DNA of 64,000 nucleotides, from the IMG/VR virus record IMGVR_UViG_3300025316_001101; one strand, written 5' to 3'. The notes beneath the pieces were generated by a model, which was not told the DNA's origin, did not search any database, and saw only the letters and a program-made list of their open reading frames with translations. Positions 27,832 to 37,430 of this stretch are shown here, piece after piece. Both the position numbers and the translations under genes were made by a program. Every line of letters begins with the position of its first letter. Position 1 is the first letter of the stretch. The DNA is from a virus. Taxonomy: Duplodnaviria; Caudoviricetes.

Positions 27832-28617
27832 TTATCCTCTTAAATTTACCATTTTTGAATCTGCGACCATCATGGCCTCTTGCATAGGCTGCTCCACCAC
27901 GCCATCCCACATGAGTTTAGGAGCCCCCACATCATGCCGAGCATCCATAAACTCGGCGTCTAAATTAGGAGCAGGCACAAAATGCTTGTCGCTAATTGCT
28001 TGTTTTTCACCATTATCATTTACTGTTGTGTAAAGCATTCCGGCTGCGAAATTTGGGGCTGGTCTTTCTTGATAGATGGGGTATTTCTTCTTAGGAGTAA
28101 ACGCAAGATTGCGTTTTTTAGCCTCTGCCAGAAGCCAAGGTTCTGGATCGTAGACCTCCTCCCGCAAAGGTCTTCCGACTCCTGGCAAAAACTGTTTTGG
28201 AGGATGTTTTTCCGGGACTGTGTTACCTCCTCCTTTTAATGCTGCGGCCAACCCTGGATTGGCTTGCAACAATGCAGCCAACACACTCTGCGGATCTTGT
28301 GGCTGGGGTTGCTCCTCAGGTACGTCCTGTACTTGAAGATTAGCTCCATCATCAAAACTAAATTTCTTATGTTTGATCAAGATGCCGTCGTCTGTTTCCT
28401 TGTAGCTCAACTTCTTCTTGGTAAACTCATAGATCTCTACATCTACCACCAAGATGTTTCGACGAGCTAATTGAGCCATGATTTTACCAGCCGCCACTTC
28501 TAATGGCGTATCATCATAAGGAGAGCCAATTTTAACCGTCTTGGTTTCAATCTTACTCTCATCATATTTACCCTTTTCAAGTTCAGGGTGATATTTGAAT
28601 ATTATCTCGTATCCCAT
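27832..28617 (-). CDS. hypothetical protein
   Basis: Likely start MGYEIIFKY. Confidence 0.6.
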   Translation of the reverse strand: MGYEIIFKYHPELEKGKYDESKIETKTVKIGSPYDDTPLEVAAGKIMAQLARRNILVVDVEIYEFTKKKLSYKETDDGILIKHKKFSFDDGANLQVQDVPEEQPQPQDPQSVLAALLQANPGLAAALKGGGNTVPEKHPPKQFLPGVGRPLREEVYDPEPWLLAEAKKRNLAFTPKKKYPIYQERPAPNFAAGMLYTTVNDNGEKQAISDKHFVPAPNLDAEFMDARHDVGAPKLMWDGVVEQPMQEAMMVADSKMVNLRG

Positions 28618-29102
28618 TAGATTAACCCCCAACTTCTAAAGTCACCAAATTCTCCATCGTATTCAAAACTATGATAGTCGTGTTTGGCCATCATGCCCTT
28701 ACACAAATTATCTCTAGCGTCCACGAATTTTTTAGTAAATCTCAACATACGCATGAAGTTCTTCAATTCCTTTTTCTGTAAAGAAATTCCCATATGTTCC
28801 ATAATTTCATCATCAGTGATTTTAGGAAGGACAGGATCAATCATTGCAGACCGTTTATCATCATCGGCAAACATCATCTTATGACGATGGTGGAAAAGCT
28901 GTTTAAGCATACCATCAATAACATCTTCACCATAAAACCCTATAGTTATGCCCCGACTGGATCGATCTACAACCTCTTTACAATAACGATCCTCTGGGTC
29001 TAGGTGTTGATCACCCATCTCAGCTTCCCATATCTTTTCAAAAGCTTCCTTCGCTTCCTTTTCTTCATAGGCATCTGCCTTCTTTTCCCAATAACTAGCC
29101 AT
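28617..29102 (-). CDS. hypothetical protein
   Basis: Likely start MASYWEKK with GGAGG upstream. Confidence 0.55.
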   Translation of the reverse strand: MASYWEKKADAYEEKEAKEAFEKIWEAEMGDQHLDPEDRYCKEVVDRSSRGITIGFYGEDVIDGMLKQLFHHRHKMMFADDDKRSAMIDPVLPKITDDEIMEHMGISLQKKELKNFMRMLRFTKKFVDARDNLCKGMMAKHDYHSFEYDGEFGDFRSWGLI

Positions 29103-30075
29103 TATTACCCTCCAATTCTTCCTGACTAGAAGAGTAATCCTCCAACTCAATTTTTCCATAAAACATTTGATCGGGCATTGCCTTACCATATCGAGTCATA
29201 ATACGATAATCCCAATGACTATCTGTAGCTCCACCGGGATTAAAAAATACGGGCGTATATGGACAATAGAAATACCCAGATGTATATGCGTCACCTTTGA
29301 ACCCTATTAGAATTCTATCATCTGGCCACATGGGGTTGTCATACACATCCCATTTATTTGCTAATTTTCCAGCATATGTTGGCAATGGCCTGACACTCTC
29401 GGTAACTTCCGGCTTTTTCTTCTCTACTAATGAATAGGCAATATCTGTAGAAGTGACTATCCAATTCGGGGAGAACCCACATCTATTATTAACTCTAGCT
29501 GCGGCTATGCGAATATAATCTTCCAGATGCTCCCTAGAGCGATAGGTATGCTCAAACTTACTTCCGGCATTGGCCCACAAATCACCCGTTATTTCCCTGT
29601 TCATTTCCCACATTAACTCATTGGCACATAGGGCGACTAATTTTGCCTCATTATCAAGAGTGAATAGTTCTCCGCCCTGTAATGGCGGTATGGGAACCGC
29701 AGTTGATCGAGTCTTAGCTCTCACTGCACTAGCTTTAAGATTCCCATATTTATCTCTGTAATAGAATGAGTGCTCTGGTGCCATCATAGTCTGCACAGAC
29801 ACTAACTTAAATCCCAAGAATGTCTTTGGATTATACATCCTTCTGACTAACGGGATACTGATTCGTCTAAATTGAGGATAATAACCAGTTATATTCTTAT
29901 CCTCTGGATTATCCCTCGCCTCTACCTCTAGTTCATTGTCTATTCTTTGATTCTCAAGAACTAATGCCATTTGTTCTTGTTCAAATTCATTTTCTATACC
30001 GGCCAATAAGCCAGTTGTTTTCCAGTTTTTTACAATCTCCTTCTTTCGATTGAGAAACTTTTGTAATTCATCCAT
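29095..30075 (-). CDS. T4 gp23/gp24-like capsid protein paralog (short, 326 aa)
   Basis: WKTTGLL.GI..MALVLENQ, ISIPLVRR, LVSVQTM..P, EMNREI, NWIVTS, AGKL.NKWDVY.NP, SGYFYCPYTP, IMTRYG. Confidence 0.85.
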   Translation of the reverse strand: MDELQKFLNRKKEIVKNWKTTGLLAGIENEFEQEQMALVLENQRIDNELEVEARDNPEDKNITGYYPQFRRISIPLVRRMYNPKTFLGFKLVSVQTMMAPEHSFYYRDKYGNLKASAVRAKTRSTAVPIPPLQGGELFTLDNEAKLVALCANELMWEMNREITGDLWANAGSKFEHTYRSREHLEDYIRIAAARVNNRCGFSPNWIVTSTDIAYSLVEKKKPEVTESVRPLPTYAGKLANKWDVYDNPMWPDDRILIGFKGDAYTSGYFYCPYTPVFFNPGGATDSHWDYRIMTRYGKAMPDQMFYGKIELEDYSSSQEELEGNNG

Positions 30076-30084
30076 ATGTCCTTC

Positions 30085-30705
30085 CTATTTTTCTATAAGT
30101 CCCACCCCATATCGGCTTTTAACTTTTACAGGCTCACACTTATGAACCTTGCAAAAATCATAAAAAATTTCACGGGCGGGCTGGTGCTTATCAATATAGT
30201 CCATAACCACCAATCCACCTAAACTTATATGAGGCCAAATTAAATCTAAAAGCAAACGATGTTCTTCATAAGACACTTCTTCATTAATGACGGCCAAGTC
30301 CCATGTATTTGCCCGAAGTAATCCCAAGAAAGAATCATCTGTCACATTACCCACGTATACATGAATCTTTTTATGAAAATGATCCATGACATTCTTAGTT
30401 CCTAAGCGTGGGGAATAAAACTCTTCGTCCTTGTGTTGGAAGGCTAGAAAATTATCTACTGTATGGCAACCTCTGAAAAAACAGCTAGAAAATAGACCCA
30501 ACCGAAAACCAAAATCCAGCATAGTCTTTGGCTGTATATGTTTGCCTAAATAGTAATAGAACGGAATATAGCGATGATCTACATACGGCGCAGATTTGCG
30601 AGAATCTTCATCAATTACTCTGCATGTTGAAAGTAACGTAGATGCGCTAATGGTCTGACGGTCAAGCTCTTTGTCGAGCGTGGCCCCTAATGTTTTTACG
30701 TCCAA
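30085..30705 (-). CDS. putative SAM-dependent methyltransferase-like protein
   Basis: MLDFGFRLGLFS, WDLAVIN, GGLVVMDY. Confidence 0.55.
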   Translation of the reverse strand: MDVKTLGATLDKELDRQTISASTLLSTCRVIDEDSRKSAPYVDHRYIPFYYYLGKHIQPKTMLDFGFRLGLFSSCFFRGCHTVDNFLAFQHKDEEFYSPRLGTKNVMDHFHKKIHVYVGNVTDDSFLGLLRANTWDLAVINEEVSYEEHRLLLDLIWPHISLGGLVVMDYIDKHQPAREIFYDFCKVHKCEPVKVKSRYGVGLIEK

Positions 30706-30830
30706 TTTACTAACCCTTCTAAAATAAAAGTCTCGCCCCTAACGCCCATTTGTTGACGGAAGAGGACTTGAGGCGAGAGTATTCAACCAGTTTCCTGGGT
30801 AATACACACCTGTTTATAGTCCAGTGTTAT

Positions 30831-31136
30831 CTATGCAAGATTATTAATTTTTTCGCATTCTGGCTTGAGAGGACGCCATGTACAACGATTTTCCCAGGCA
30901 CTTCCTTGAGATGCTGTTAATCGCATGGTTATAGTTGTTTCATTTGTACGATGATAAGTGCGACCGTCTGAACCGATTCTTTCCCGAGGGATTGGCTTTC
31001 CATCGCCTGCATAAAAAAATTCAATGATCGGTGGCACGCTGGTATCAATACAGTCCTCGTATTCACGGCCATCTTTGCCTTTGCACATTAGGTGTTTACA
31101 ACCATCTTTATCTACGTATGCTTTAGTTTCTTGCAT
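30831..31136 (-). CDS. hypothetical protein
   Basis: 101 aa ORF, operon tiling. Confidence 0.5.
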   Translation of the reverse strand: MQETKAYVDKDGCKHLMCKGKDGREYEDCIDTSVPPIIEFFYAGDGKPIPRERIGSDGRTYHRTNETTITMRLTASQGSAWENRCTWRPLKPECEKINNLA

Positions 31137-31653
31137 TTACCCACTCCTTAATCTGACATGCCAAATCTGCCAGGGAGTACACCACTTTAAGGCCCGGACG
31201 CTCTAAAGATAATTGAATTTCAACGTCCAGTCGCCGGGGATAATTGGCGTCCACGCCAACAAATATTGGCTTTGGCTCTACGTCAATTTTCAAAGAATCA
31301 TTAGCAAACGGCTTAATGGCCGGTTTGTGCGGAGTAGACCATCTTCCAAGTTCAAAAAGTGTAATTGGTTGAATAGTATCTTTAGTAAACCAAAAACTTA
31401 TAGCATCCGCCAATTTCAAGTGTTTCCACTCCCATCCAATTTGATCCACTGCTGCACTGGGATCGTTAATTGGAAAATCGGCACGACGAGGATTAAACAA
31501 TATCAAATTGATAACGTCTTCTAACTTAGATCGCATTTCTGCTTGCCAATCTTCACATCCATTAATACCTCCAGCTAAAAATAACCACTTTTCATGAGGG
31601 CTCTTACTCAACCGGGTATCTAACGCTTCTACATATTGCATGTCATTCTCCAA
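31123..31653 (-). CDS. nucleoside 2-deoxyribosyltransferase-like protein (second family)
   Basis: LFLAGGINGCEDWQ, FNPRR, QIGWEWKHLKLADAISFWF, QPITLFELG. Confidence 0.8.
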   Translation of the reverse strand: MENDMQYVEALDTRLSKSPHEKWLFLAGGINGCEDWQAEMRSKLEDVINLILFNPRRADFPINDPSAAVDQIGWEWKHLKLADAISFWFTKDTIQPITLFELGRWSTPHKPAIKPFANDSLKIDVEPKPIFVGVDANYPRRLDVEIQLSLERPGLKVVYSLADLACQIKEWVNARN

Positions 31654-31661
31654 TTTTTATA

Positions 31662-31698
31662 TAAAAAAAGAGGTATCTATAAAAACAATTTATAGCAC
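31662..31698. terminator. AT-rich long hairpin
   Basis: AAAGAGGT..CTATAAA-aacaa-TTTATAG.ACCTCTTT; coordinates approximate. Confidence 0.45.
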
Positions 31699-31902
31699 CT
31701 CTTTGCAGGTATTCGGGATTTTATCCCTATCGGATTTCCGCTCAAGTTGTGACACTAAGTATCATTCAACTTCCATGCAAGCGTCTTTCCTATTGCAAGG
31801 GGCTAATGGCTCATCCGCATGGGCAGTACCATTTTAGCCTAATCTTACAATTTGAAGATTGAACCTTACCTGCTACTGTATTTACTCCTTTAATTTCAAA
31901 AA

Positions 31903-32397
31903 TTACGAAAGATCTGCCGCCTTCACAATTTGATCTATAGCTTCGCCCATTTCCATGTCCGCAGCCTGCTTAATTCTGAAATTGGTTTTATCCATTTCCT
32001 TACGAAGCATATAGCCAAAATTAATAGCGGACTCATGGGCTTTGTCCATAGCTCGAATAAACTGCTTGAGTTTGCCAACTGTTCGCTTAGCCTTAATGCT
32101 GGCATTTTTTGCATTCTCAACCTCCGTGTCTGTTTTCGACTTAGACTCTGCTAGTTTCTCCGTACAGCCGCTCTCTTTGTGAAAAGCAAACTTCTTGGAA
32201 TACTCCTGGTCGTACTTCGTCTCAAACCATTGCAAATAACTTTCGGCATCTGCAAGCTTTTGACCATAATAGTTATACCAACTAGCCGCTTCCATTAAGA
32301 ACTTGTTCAAAGTAGCATCATCAAATTTCAAATGGTCTGGATTTAGAACAACCTTATCTTTCCCGACCGCTACAGAATCTTCTAATAGTTCAGACAT
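31903..32397 (-). CDS. UvsY-like recombination mediator
   Basis: Helical protein YNYYGQKLADAE...TEKLAE..D.EV...KLK..RAMDKAH; directly downstream of the helicase. Confidence 0.6.
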   Translation of the reverse strand: MSELLEDSVAVGKDKVVLNPDHLKFDDATLNKFLMEAASWYNYYGQKLADAESYLQWFETKYDQEYSKKFAFHKESGCTEKLAESKSKTDTEVENAKNASIKAKRTVGKLKQFIRAMDKAHESAINFGYMLRKEMDKTNFRIKQAADMEMGEAIDQIVKAADLS

Positions 32398-32428
32398 AAA
32401 TTACCTCCACTGATTTTAATTATAACAC

Positions 32429-34072
32429 TTATTCAACTGGTTTCACAATATTATCCACCTCTGACGAGTAATCGCTAGCGGCCAATGATGCCAACGGATT
32501 CTTCGAACCTTTTTTCTTTTCGCCATAAGCCTTAGACCGTGCATACATTTGTTTGGCTTCCAATTCCTGTCGAGTCTTGTCAGCACTCGTCACTTCCTTC
32601 TTCTGTTCGGCCGCTCTTCTCCGTTGCTCATACACAGCTTTACTAATTTCAGTAATTGCCAATGTTTCTTGATTAATCTCAACATACACCATAAATCGAC
32701 TCTTGCCATGTCGATGTTTAATTACCCACACTCGACCAATACCAGCATCCTTTTCAATCTGCATCTGATTAATAGACCAAAAAGCGTCCAACGGCTTTTG
32801 CTGACCATAAGCATCACCAAGGTTTTCATCATCAATAACTTCGCCCAACTTAATGACTTCCTTGGCGGTTTTGTTAGGTTGCATGGCAACCATCATACAA
32901 ATACTTTCTTCTACTGCAAATCTTCTCAAATCACGAACAATACGATATCTGGAATCCCACGTGGGTATATTGGGGTAATCTTTCATTTCACCAATATAAT
33001 CCACAATTACCAAATCCGGTTTGAACCCTCTTAAAACAATTTGCGAGAAATATGCTCTGAAATCACTTACGCCCATCTCTCCTGGCGGAAACTGCTTAAT
33101 GATCAATCGCATCTTATCGTCATAATCTTCTACATACTCCCGCAACGATTGAATAACAACATCCTTCTTCCCCAACAAATTATTGATGGAAACCCCAAAC
33201 TCCTTCCCTGGATCGGCCAACTGGGCGTCAAATCGCTCTGCTACTGCATCCTGGTCAATTTCCAATGAAACATAAAGCACTTTCTTGCCTTTGTTCATAT
33301 TGGCTACCGCAGCACGTACTAAAGCAAGCGATTTGCCAGCACCAGATAGCCCAATCCACGAAGCCATCTCCCCACGCTTTAGACCACCACACATCAAAGC
33401 GGTATCTATCGTGTGTAACCCACAAGTAAAGAATTCCCCCTTCTCCAACTCTTCAGCCATACGAGCGTATCGTTCTTCAGCCGAAGCAAAATAGTCCAAC
33501 CCCATTCCAAAGTCACGATCCAAAGTCATAGCATCTCGTAACGTGCTATACACAAAATCCCAAGTGGATTCCTCTTCAGGGGCAGAATTGAGCTTTTCCC
33601 GACAACGATAAAATGCTGTTTTAACAGCTTGCTTTTTAGCAAAATTTGTAATCTTGTCGGTAAGATAATCCCTAGAATCGAGACCAGGATGAAAATGATC
33701 ATATACAACATTCAACTCCGAACGATAATGATATTTCACTTCGGCCTTCTTATTAGCTATCTCCTCTTCCATTTCCTGCGCAATATGAATTTTTTGAGGC
33801 AGGATCTTATATTTTGAAAAATGTTTGAACAAAATTCGTGCTATCAGTTGGTGAACCTCATTTGTAAAATAATACGGTTGCACCATATCACAGCTTTGGA
33901 TGAGGAAGTGACGATCCTTCAGCAACATTGCCAAAATCTCTCGCTGTAACTCCTCATCCCACTTAAATTGATCACTTGTGCCCGCATCCGGGTCTTCAAA
34001 CTTACTCAGTTGTTCTCGCTCTTCCGCTGTCATTTCTTGTGTCATACTCTTTTCCTCCATTGGACTCTCCAT
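32429..34072 (-). CDS. replicative DNA helicase (T4 gp41/DnaB-like)
   Basis: GGLKRGE, Walker A GLSGAGKS, VLYVSLEI, LIIKQFP, LVIVDYIG, VAMQPN, IKHRHG. Confidence 0.92.
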   Translation of the reverse strand: MESPMEEKSMTQEMTAEEREQLSKFEDPDAGTSDQFKWDEELQREILAMLLKDRHFLIQSCDMVQPYYFTNEVHQLIARILFKHFSKYKILPQKIHIAQEMEEEIANKKAEVKYHYRSELNVVYDHFHPGLDSRDYLTDKITNFAKKQAVKTAFYRCREKLNSAPEEESTWDFVYSTLRDAMTLDRDFGMGLDYFASAEERYARMAEELEKGEFFTCGLHTIDTALMCGGLKRGEMASWIGLSGAGKSLALVRAAVANMNKGKKVLYVSLEIDQDAVAERFDAQLADPGKEFGVSINNLLGKKDVVIQSLREYVEDYDDKMRLIIKQFPPGEMGVSDFRAYFSQIVLRGFKPDLVIVDYIGEMKDYPNIPTWDSRYRIVRDLRRFAVEESICMMVAMQPNKTAKEVIKLGEVIDDENLGDAYGQQKPLDAFWSINQMQIEKDAGIGRVWVIKHRHGKSRFMVYVEINQETLAITEISKAVYEQRRRAAEQKKEVTSADKTRQELEAKQMYARSKAYGEKKKGSKNPLASLAASDYSSEVDNIVKPVE

Positions 34073-34111
34073 ACCTACTCATATGAATTTAATTTTTTTG
34101 CATCTTGCTCG

Positions 34112-34140
34112 ATATTAACCAAAAGCGCCATATTAGTCAA
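34112..34140 (-). promoter_or_regulatory. sigma70-type promoter for the helicase
   Basis: TTGACT-N17-TAATAT. Confidence 0.6.
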
Positions 34141-34152
34141 GATGTAAATGAA

Positions 34153-34187
34153 AAGATCTCCCGGCGTTACAAACGCCGGGAGATCTT
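34153..34187. terminator. hairpin
   Basis: AAGATCTCCCGGCGTT-aca-AACGCCGGGAGATCTT. Confidence 0.75.
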
Positions 34188-34212
34188 CAGAGAAAACAGA
34201 ACTAGATAGATT

Positions 34213-34773
34213 CTAGTTTATGTTAGCTAAGTAATCAAATTCTGATAATGAGACCTGTCCTGTAGTAATCGACTTACTTCTGGTAATTTTCTTACCCAAA
34301 GCTTTCGTATTATTCCACGTAATAGCCTTGCAATAGGTCTTAAACTTCGTATCCATTTGCAATGGAGCTTGCTTGGATGGTCTGTGTCGGCTAGGAACAA
34401 TTGCCTTTAATAACTTGGATAATAACTGTTCTTGATATGGACCAAACTTCTGTTTATTAGCCCCATGTCGTGTTTTATTTTTCCATAAATCACAAAGGCC
34501 GTCCACCATATATTTTAAGAATTTGTCAGAAACATACTTTCTGCACAACCTAAGACAAGATTCAACATAGACCTGTCTCTTGTAATACGATCCTGCCGTT
34601 AACAAAGATATGCGTATATCCTGAGCAAAATCTTCTTGGCTGTTGATATGGTTGTTTCTAGAATTCTTTTTAATCAACTGCCAACTTTGATACTGACATA
34701 GAGAGCCGAATTGTTTATCTAATGTTAGATATTCTTCTTCCGTAATCGGAAATGACGCAAAGATACTTTCCAT
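34213..34773 (-). CDS. hypothetical protein, weak sigma-factor region 2-like
   Basis: SQEDFAQDIRISLLTAGSYY and TKFKTYCKAITWN resemble sigma region 2.2/2.3. Confidence 0.4.
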   Translation of the reverse strand: MESIFASFPITEEEYLTLDKQFGSLCQYQSWQLIKKNSRNNHINSQEDFAQDIRISLLTAGSYYKRQVYVESCLRLCRKYVSDKFLKYMVDGLCDLWKNKTRHGANKQKFGPYQEQLLSKLLKAIVPSRHRPSKQAPLQMDTKFKTYCKAITWNNTKALGKKITRSKSITTGQVSLSEFDYLANIN

Positions 34774-34780
34774 AATCCTC

Positions 34781-36085
34781 CTAAATTGAGTTTAATGTGC
34801 CAAGAGCTTCGCCACGACTGCCGGAAACTTTCAATTTCAAGCCGGAATATAAAGATTCATTTGCTTCTAAAGTTTGAATGGCCATTTCTGCAACTTTGGT
34901 GTTACTCTTATGAGTTACTATACCATATCCGTCGTGAACATGAAAAACTATTTCCGCATGACCTTGAAGTGTGTCGTGTAATCTAATGAGTTTGTGCAAA
35001 CAAATAATTGAGGCTGGAGCCTGCACCACAAAATTTCTGATCTTATATTGTTGCTCATTAAATCTTCGTCGTCGTCCAAAATAATCCGTTGCAAAGTTGT
35101 TTGCATCAAATGTATCTTGTTGTTCTTGAATCCAAGACATGGCTACAGGGAAATTATTGTATATTCCCCGTACCAACCGTTCCCCGGCTGATTCGCTTAT
35201 CCCTAATCTTTCGGCTACTGATTTTGATCCTTGACCGTATATGACCGGTAAGAACACAGCCTTGCACACCGCACGCTTCTTGGCGTCGTCGCATTGTATA
35301 GTAGTGATCTTGTCTAAAATATTTTTATAAACATCCCCCTCAGAATATAAAATCTCACGTAAAGCCGGATCTTTAGAAAGCCATTGAAGCACCGAAACTT
35401 CCATATGTTTATAATCAAACAACAGAAAAACCTTGTCGTAGCCAACCGGCCGCAGGTGGGATTTAGCTACCTCATCCAAACTATGTGGATTGAAAGAGTG
35501 GCTAAACGCCTTCAAACACTTCATACGACCATTAACTTGACCCTCAAGCTCATAGCATGGATAGACAGGATATCTTGCTTCAGTATCATTAAATCCAAGA
35601 GTTTCAATCTCTGGAACCACTCTTGTGAGTAGAGGAATGTAAATTTCTTGATATATCTTACCTATTCTGTCCCACATGGCTGATTTAGTAATCGTGCTAA
35701 ATCGAGCGGCTGCCTCCTTGTAACTTTTTGGACATTCTGTTTGTTCCCCTGAAAATGCTTCAATAATCTTCAAATCGATCAAGGGTCCATTTGTCTCCCA
35801 ATTAGTATTGGTCCTAAATCGTACATAACTTAAAAACCCTTTGATGTTCCAAGCAAGTGTAACAATCCTTTTTTGATAAATTTCAGCTTTCAATCCTGCG
35901 ATCAGTTCAATGCATTCTTTTTTGTCTTCTGGTAATGGGAATTCAAACTTCAATCCCTTTACCATCAAAATCAACTTTCCAGGTCGTCTAGGATCAGTAA
36001 AGTCCAAAATGTCTGGTTCTGTGGTAATGAAGATATTTTGTCCAACTACCTTGTCCAAAGCTTCTATTACTTCCGTACTAATCAT
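34781..36085 (-). CDS. family A DNA polymerase, polymerase domain only
   Basis: Motif A LFDYKHME, motif B RAVCKAVFLPVIYG, DYFGRRR, NF.VQ.PA, motif C HVHDG; no recognisable exonuclease motifs. Confidence 0.85.
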   Translation of the reverse strand: MISTEVIEALDKVVGQNIFITTEPDILDFTDPRRPGKLILMVKGLKFEFPLPEDKKECIELIAGLKAEIYQKRIVTLAWNIKGFLSYVRFRTNTNWETNGPLIDLKIIEAFSGEQTECPKSYKEAAARFSTITKSAMWDRIGKIYQEIYIPLLTRVVPEIETLGFNDTEARYPVYPCYELEGQVNGRMKCLKAFSHSFNPHSLDEVAKSHLRPVGYDKVFLLFDYKHMEVSVLQWLSKDPALREILYSEGDVYKNILDKITTIQCDDAKKRAVCKAVFLPVIYGQGSKSVAERLGISESAGERLVRGIYNNFPVAMSWIQEQQDTFDANNFATDYFGRRRRFNEQQYKIRNFVVQAPASIICLHKLIRLHDTLQGHAEIVFHVHDGYGIVTHKSNTKVAEMAIQTLEANESLYSGLKLKVSGSRGEALGTLNSI

Positions 36086-36519
36086 TCTGACATTCCAATC
36101 GTACTGTAATTGCGCACCGGTTTCCCTTAACTCTGGGGATATACTTATGAATTAAGTCTTATTCCAGGTCTATAATGCAAGCCGCATATATCTTATACTC
36201 ACTTTTTACTTTCGCATCCCATCGTTTGGGGACCACGACGTAACCGTTTCACGAAGGATAGATTTTTATAAAGGAACATACCTTACCTTCACCGTTGCGT
36301 GGAAACTACTGATTGCAGGCTCCCCTGGGAACCAGTAGAAGTGATTTCGACTATTGCCAGGATTCCCCTCTGGTGAGGAATCCCTGATGACTGTGCTTTT
36401 GGTAAGTAGATCGCATTAAGCATCACTCCTGCAATCCAGCCCGTTGACTTTCGTTTGCTCCACACGGAGACTGGTAAGTTGTTTTTCGTGTAATTCGTTC
36501 TGCGCAATTTTAGTGCCAA

Positions 36520-37314
36520 TTGACATCCAAATCAATAGATATTTCCAAAGATTTCCATTTCTGCTATGATAGCGTTGTTAAGAACGAATTTCTTTCAAGG
36601 AAAATTTTCATGTGGGATCTCGAAGACATCCTTCATTATAGCATGAATGAAGATGAAGCGAAAAGCTACAAAATTTCCTTGCTATGGATGGAGTTGGCTC
36701 ATCATGAATTTCCAGATTATGAGCATACCAAGTTAAGAAAAAAGGGCGACCCTCGTAAGTCTATTTTATTCAAATATTGCTATAAATTAGTGCAAGAAAC
36801 AAGAGGAATTATAGCAGATCATGAATATAGACTGTATATTCTGGCACAACTTCAAATTCTTAAATATCTTGCTGTCACTAAAGAGCATGCGTTGATCGAT
36901 CCTATTATTCTCATTGGAGATAAGGCGTGGAAACGATGGCAAGTATGGAGATCCAAGTACGCTAAGAGGAAGCGTGAAACGGTCACTCTGGTAGAGCCAG
37001 TAACGGTTACCGCTCCTAACACTACAGTTGTTAAAGACTTGCGACACACAAAAGATCATTTTATAAAAAAATTCGGCGGCTGTCCAAATTTTTCGCAGGT
37101 TGAGCAAGCTCTCAAAGATCATACAATGGTTCGCTGGGTTACTATGGATCGTGTGTCCCCATATTATATTCTATTGTCGCCTTGGGTAGCAAGATGTATG
37201 GACGGTCGAACATTTGTAGAAGTTTTTATGTTCGATTTGGTTGTTTATGAAAATTCAATCACTCAACCGGTGCGTGAATTCTTTAAGCAAGAATTTGCTT
37301 ATGAGTATGTTTAA
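36520..37314 (+). CDS. hypothetical protein
   Basis: 264 aa ORF; likely start 36610 after extended -10 TGCTATGAT. Confidence 0.65.
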   Translation: MTSKSIDISKDFHFCYDSVVKNEFLSRKIFMWDLEDILHYSMNEDEAKSYKISLLWMELAHHEFPDYEHTKLRKKGDPRKSILFKYCYKLVQETRGIIADHEYRLYILAQLQILKYLAVTKEHALIDPIILIGDKAWKRWQVWRSKYAKRKRETVTLVEPVTVTAPNTTVVKDLRHTKDHFIKKFGGCPNFSQVEQALKDHTMVRWVTMDRVSPYYILLSPWVARCMDGRTFVEVFMFDLVVYENSITQPVREFFKQEFAYEYV

Positions 37315-37430
37315 CGGCAGCAGCACTTTCCACAGCATTTTGTAGTTTTGCTTTTATCAACAATGTGGCTGTTGTCTTTCTTTGGCTTCTTGAATTGCTG
37401 AACGTATTTTTTGACATTAGAATCACTCAT
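37311..37430 (-). CDS. 39-aa basic peptide with Cys-rich tail; not in ORF track
   Basis: Manual translation MSDSNVKKYVQQFKKPKKDNSHIVDKSKTTKCCGKCCCR; ATGA overlap with the upstream stop. Confidence 0.5.
   Translation of the reverse strand: MSDSNVKKYVQQFKKPKKDNSHIVDKSKTTKCCGKCCCR

Noticed and set aside
30728-30830. Possible structured leader upstream of the 30705 methyltransferase (TCTCGCC/GGCGAGA stem)
   Set aside because: A single 7-9 bp stem with no second supporting copy or recognisable family
36300-36395. Hammerhead-like GAAA...CTGATGA
   Set aside because: Stem III closes on A rather than the required U-H, stem I is not adjacent, and stem II does not pair
36289-36519. 76-aa minus-strand ORF
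   Set aside because: TTG start, no motifs, and it overlaps a structured intergenic region; probably non-coding
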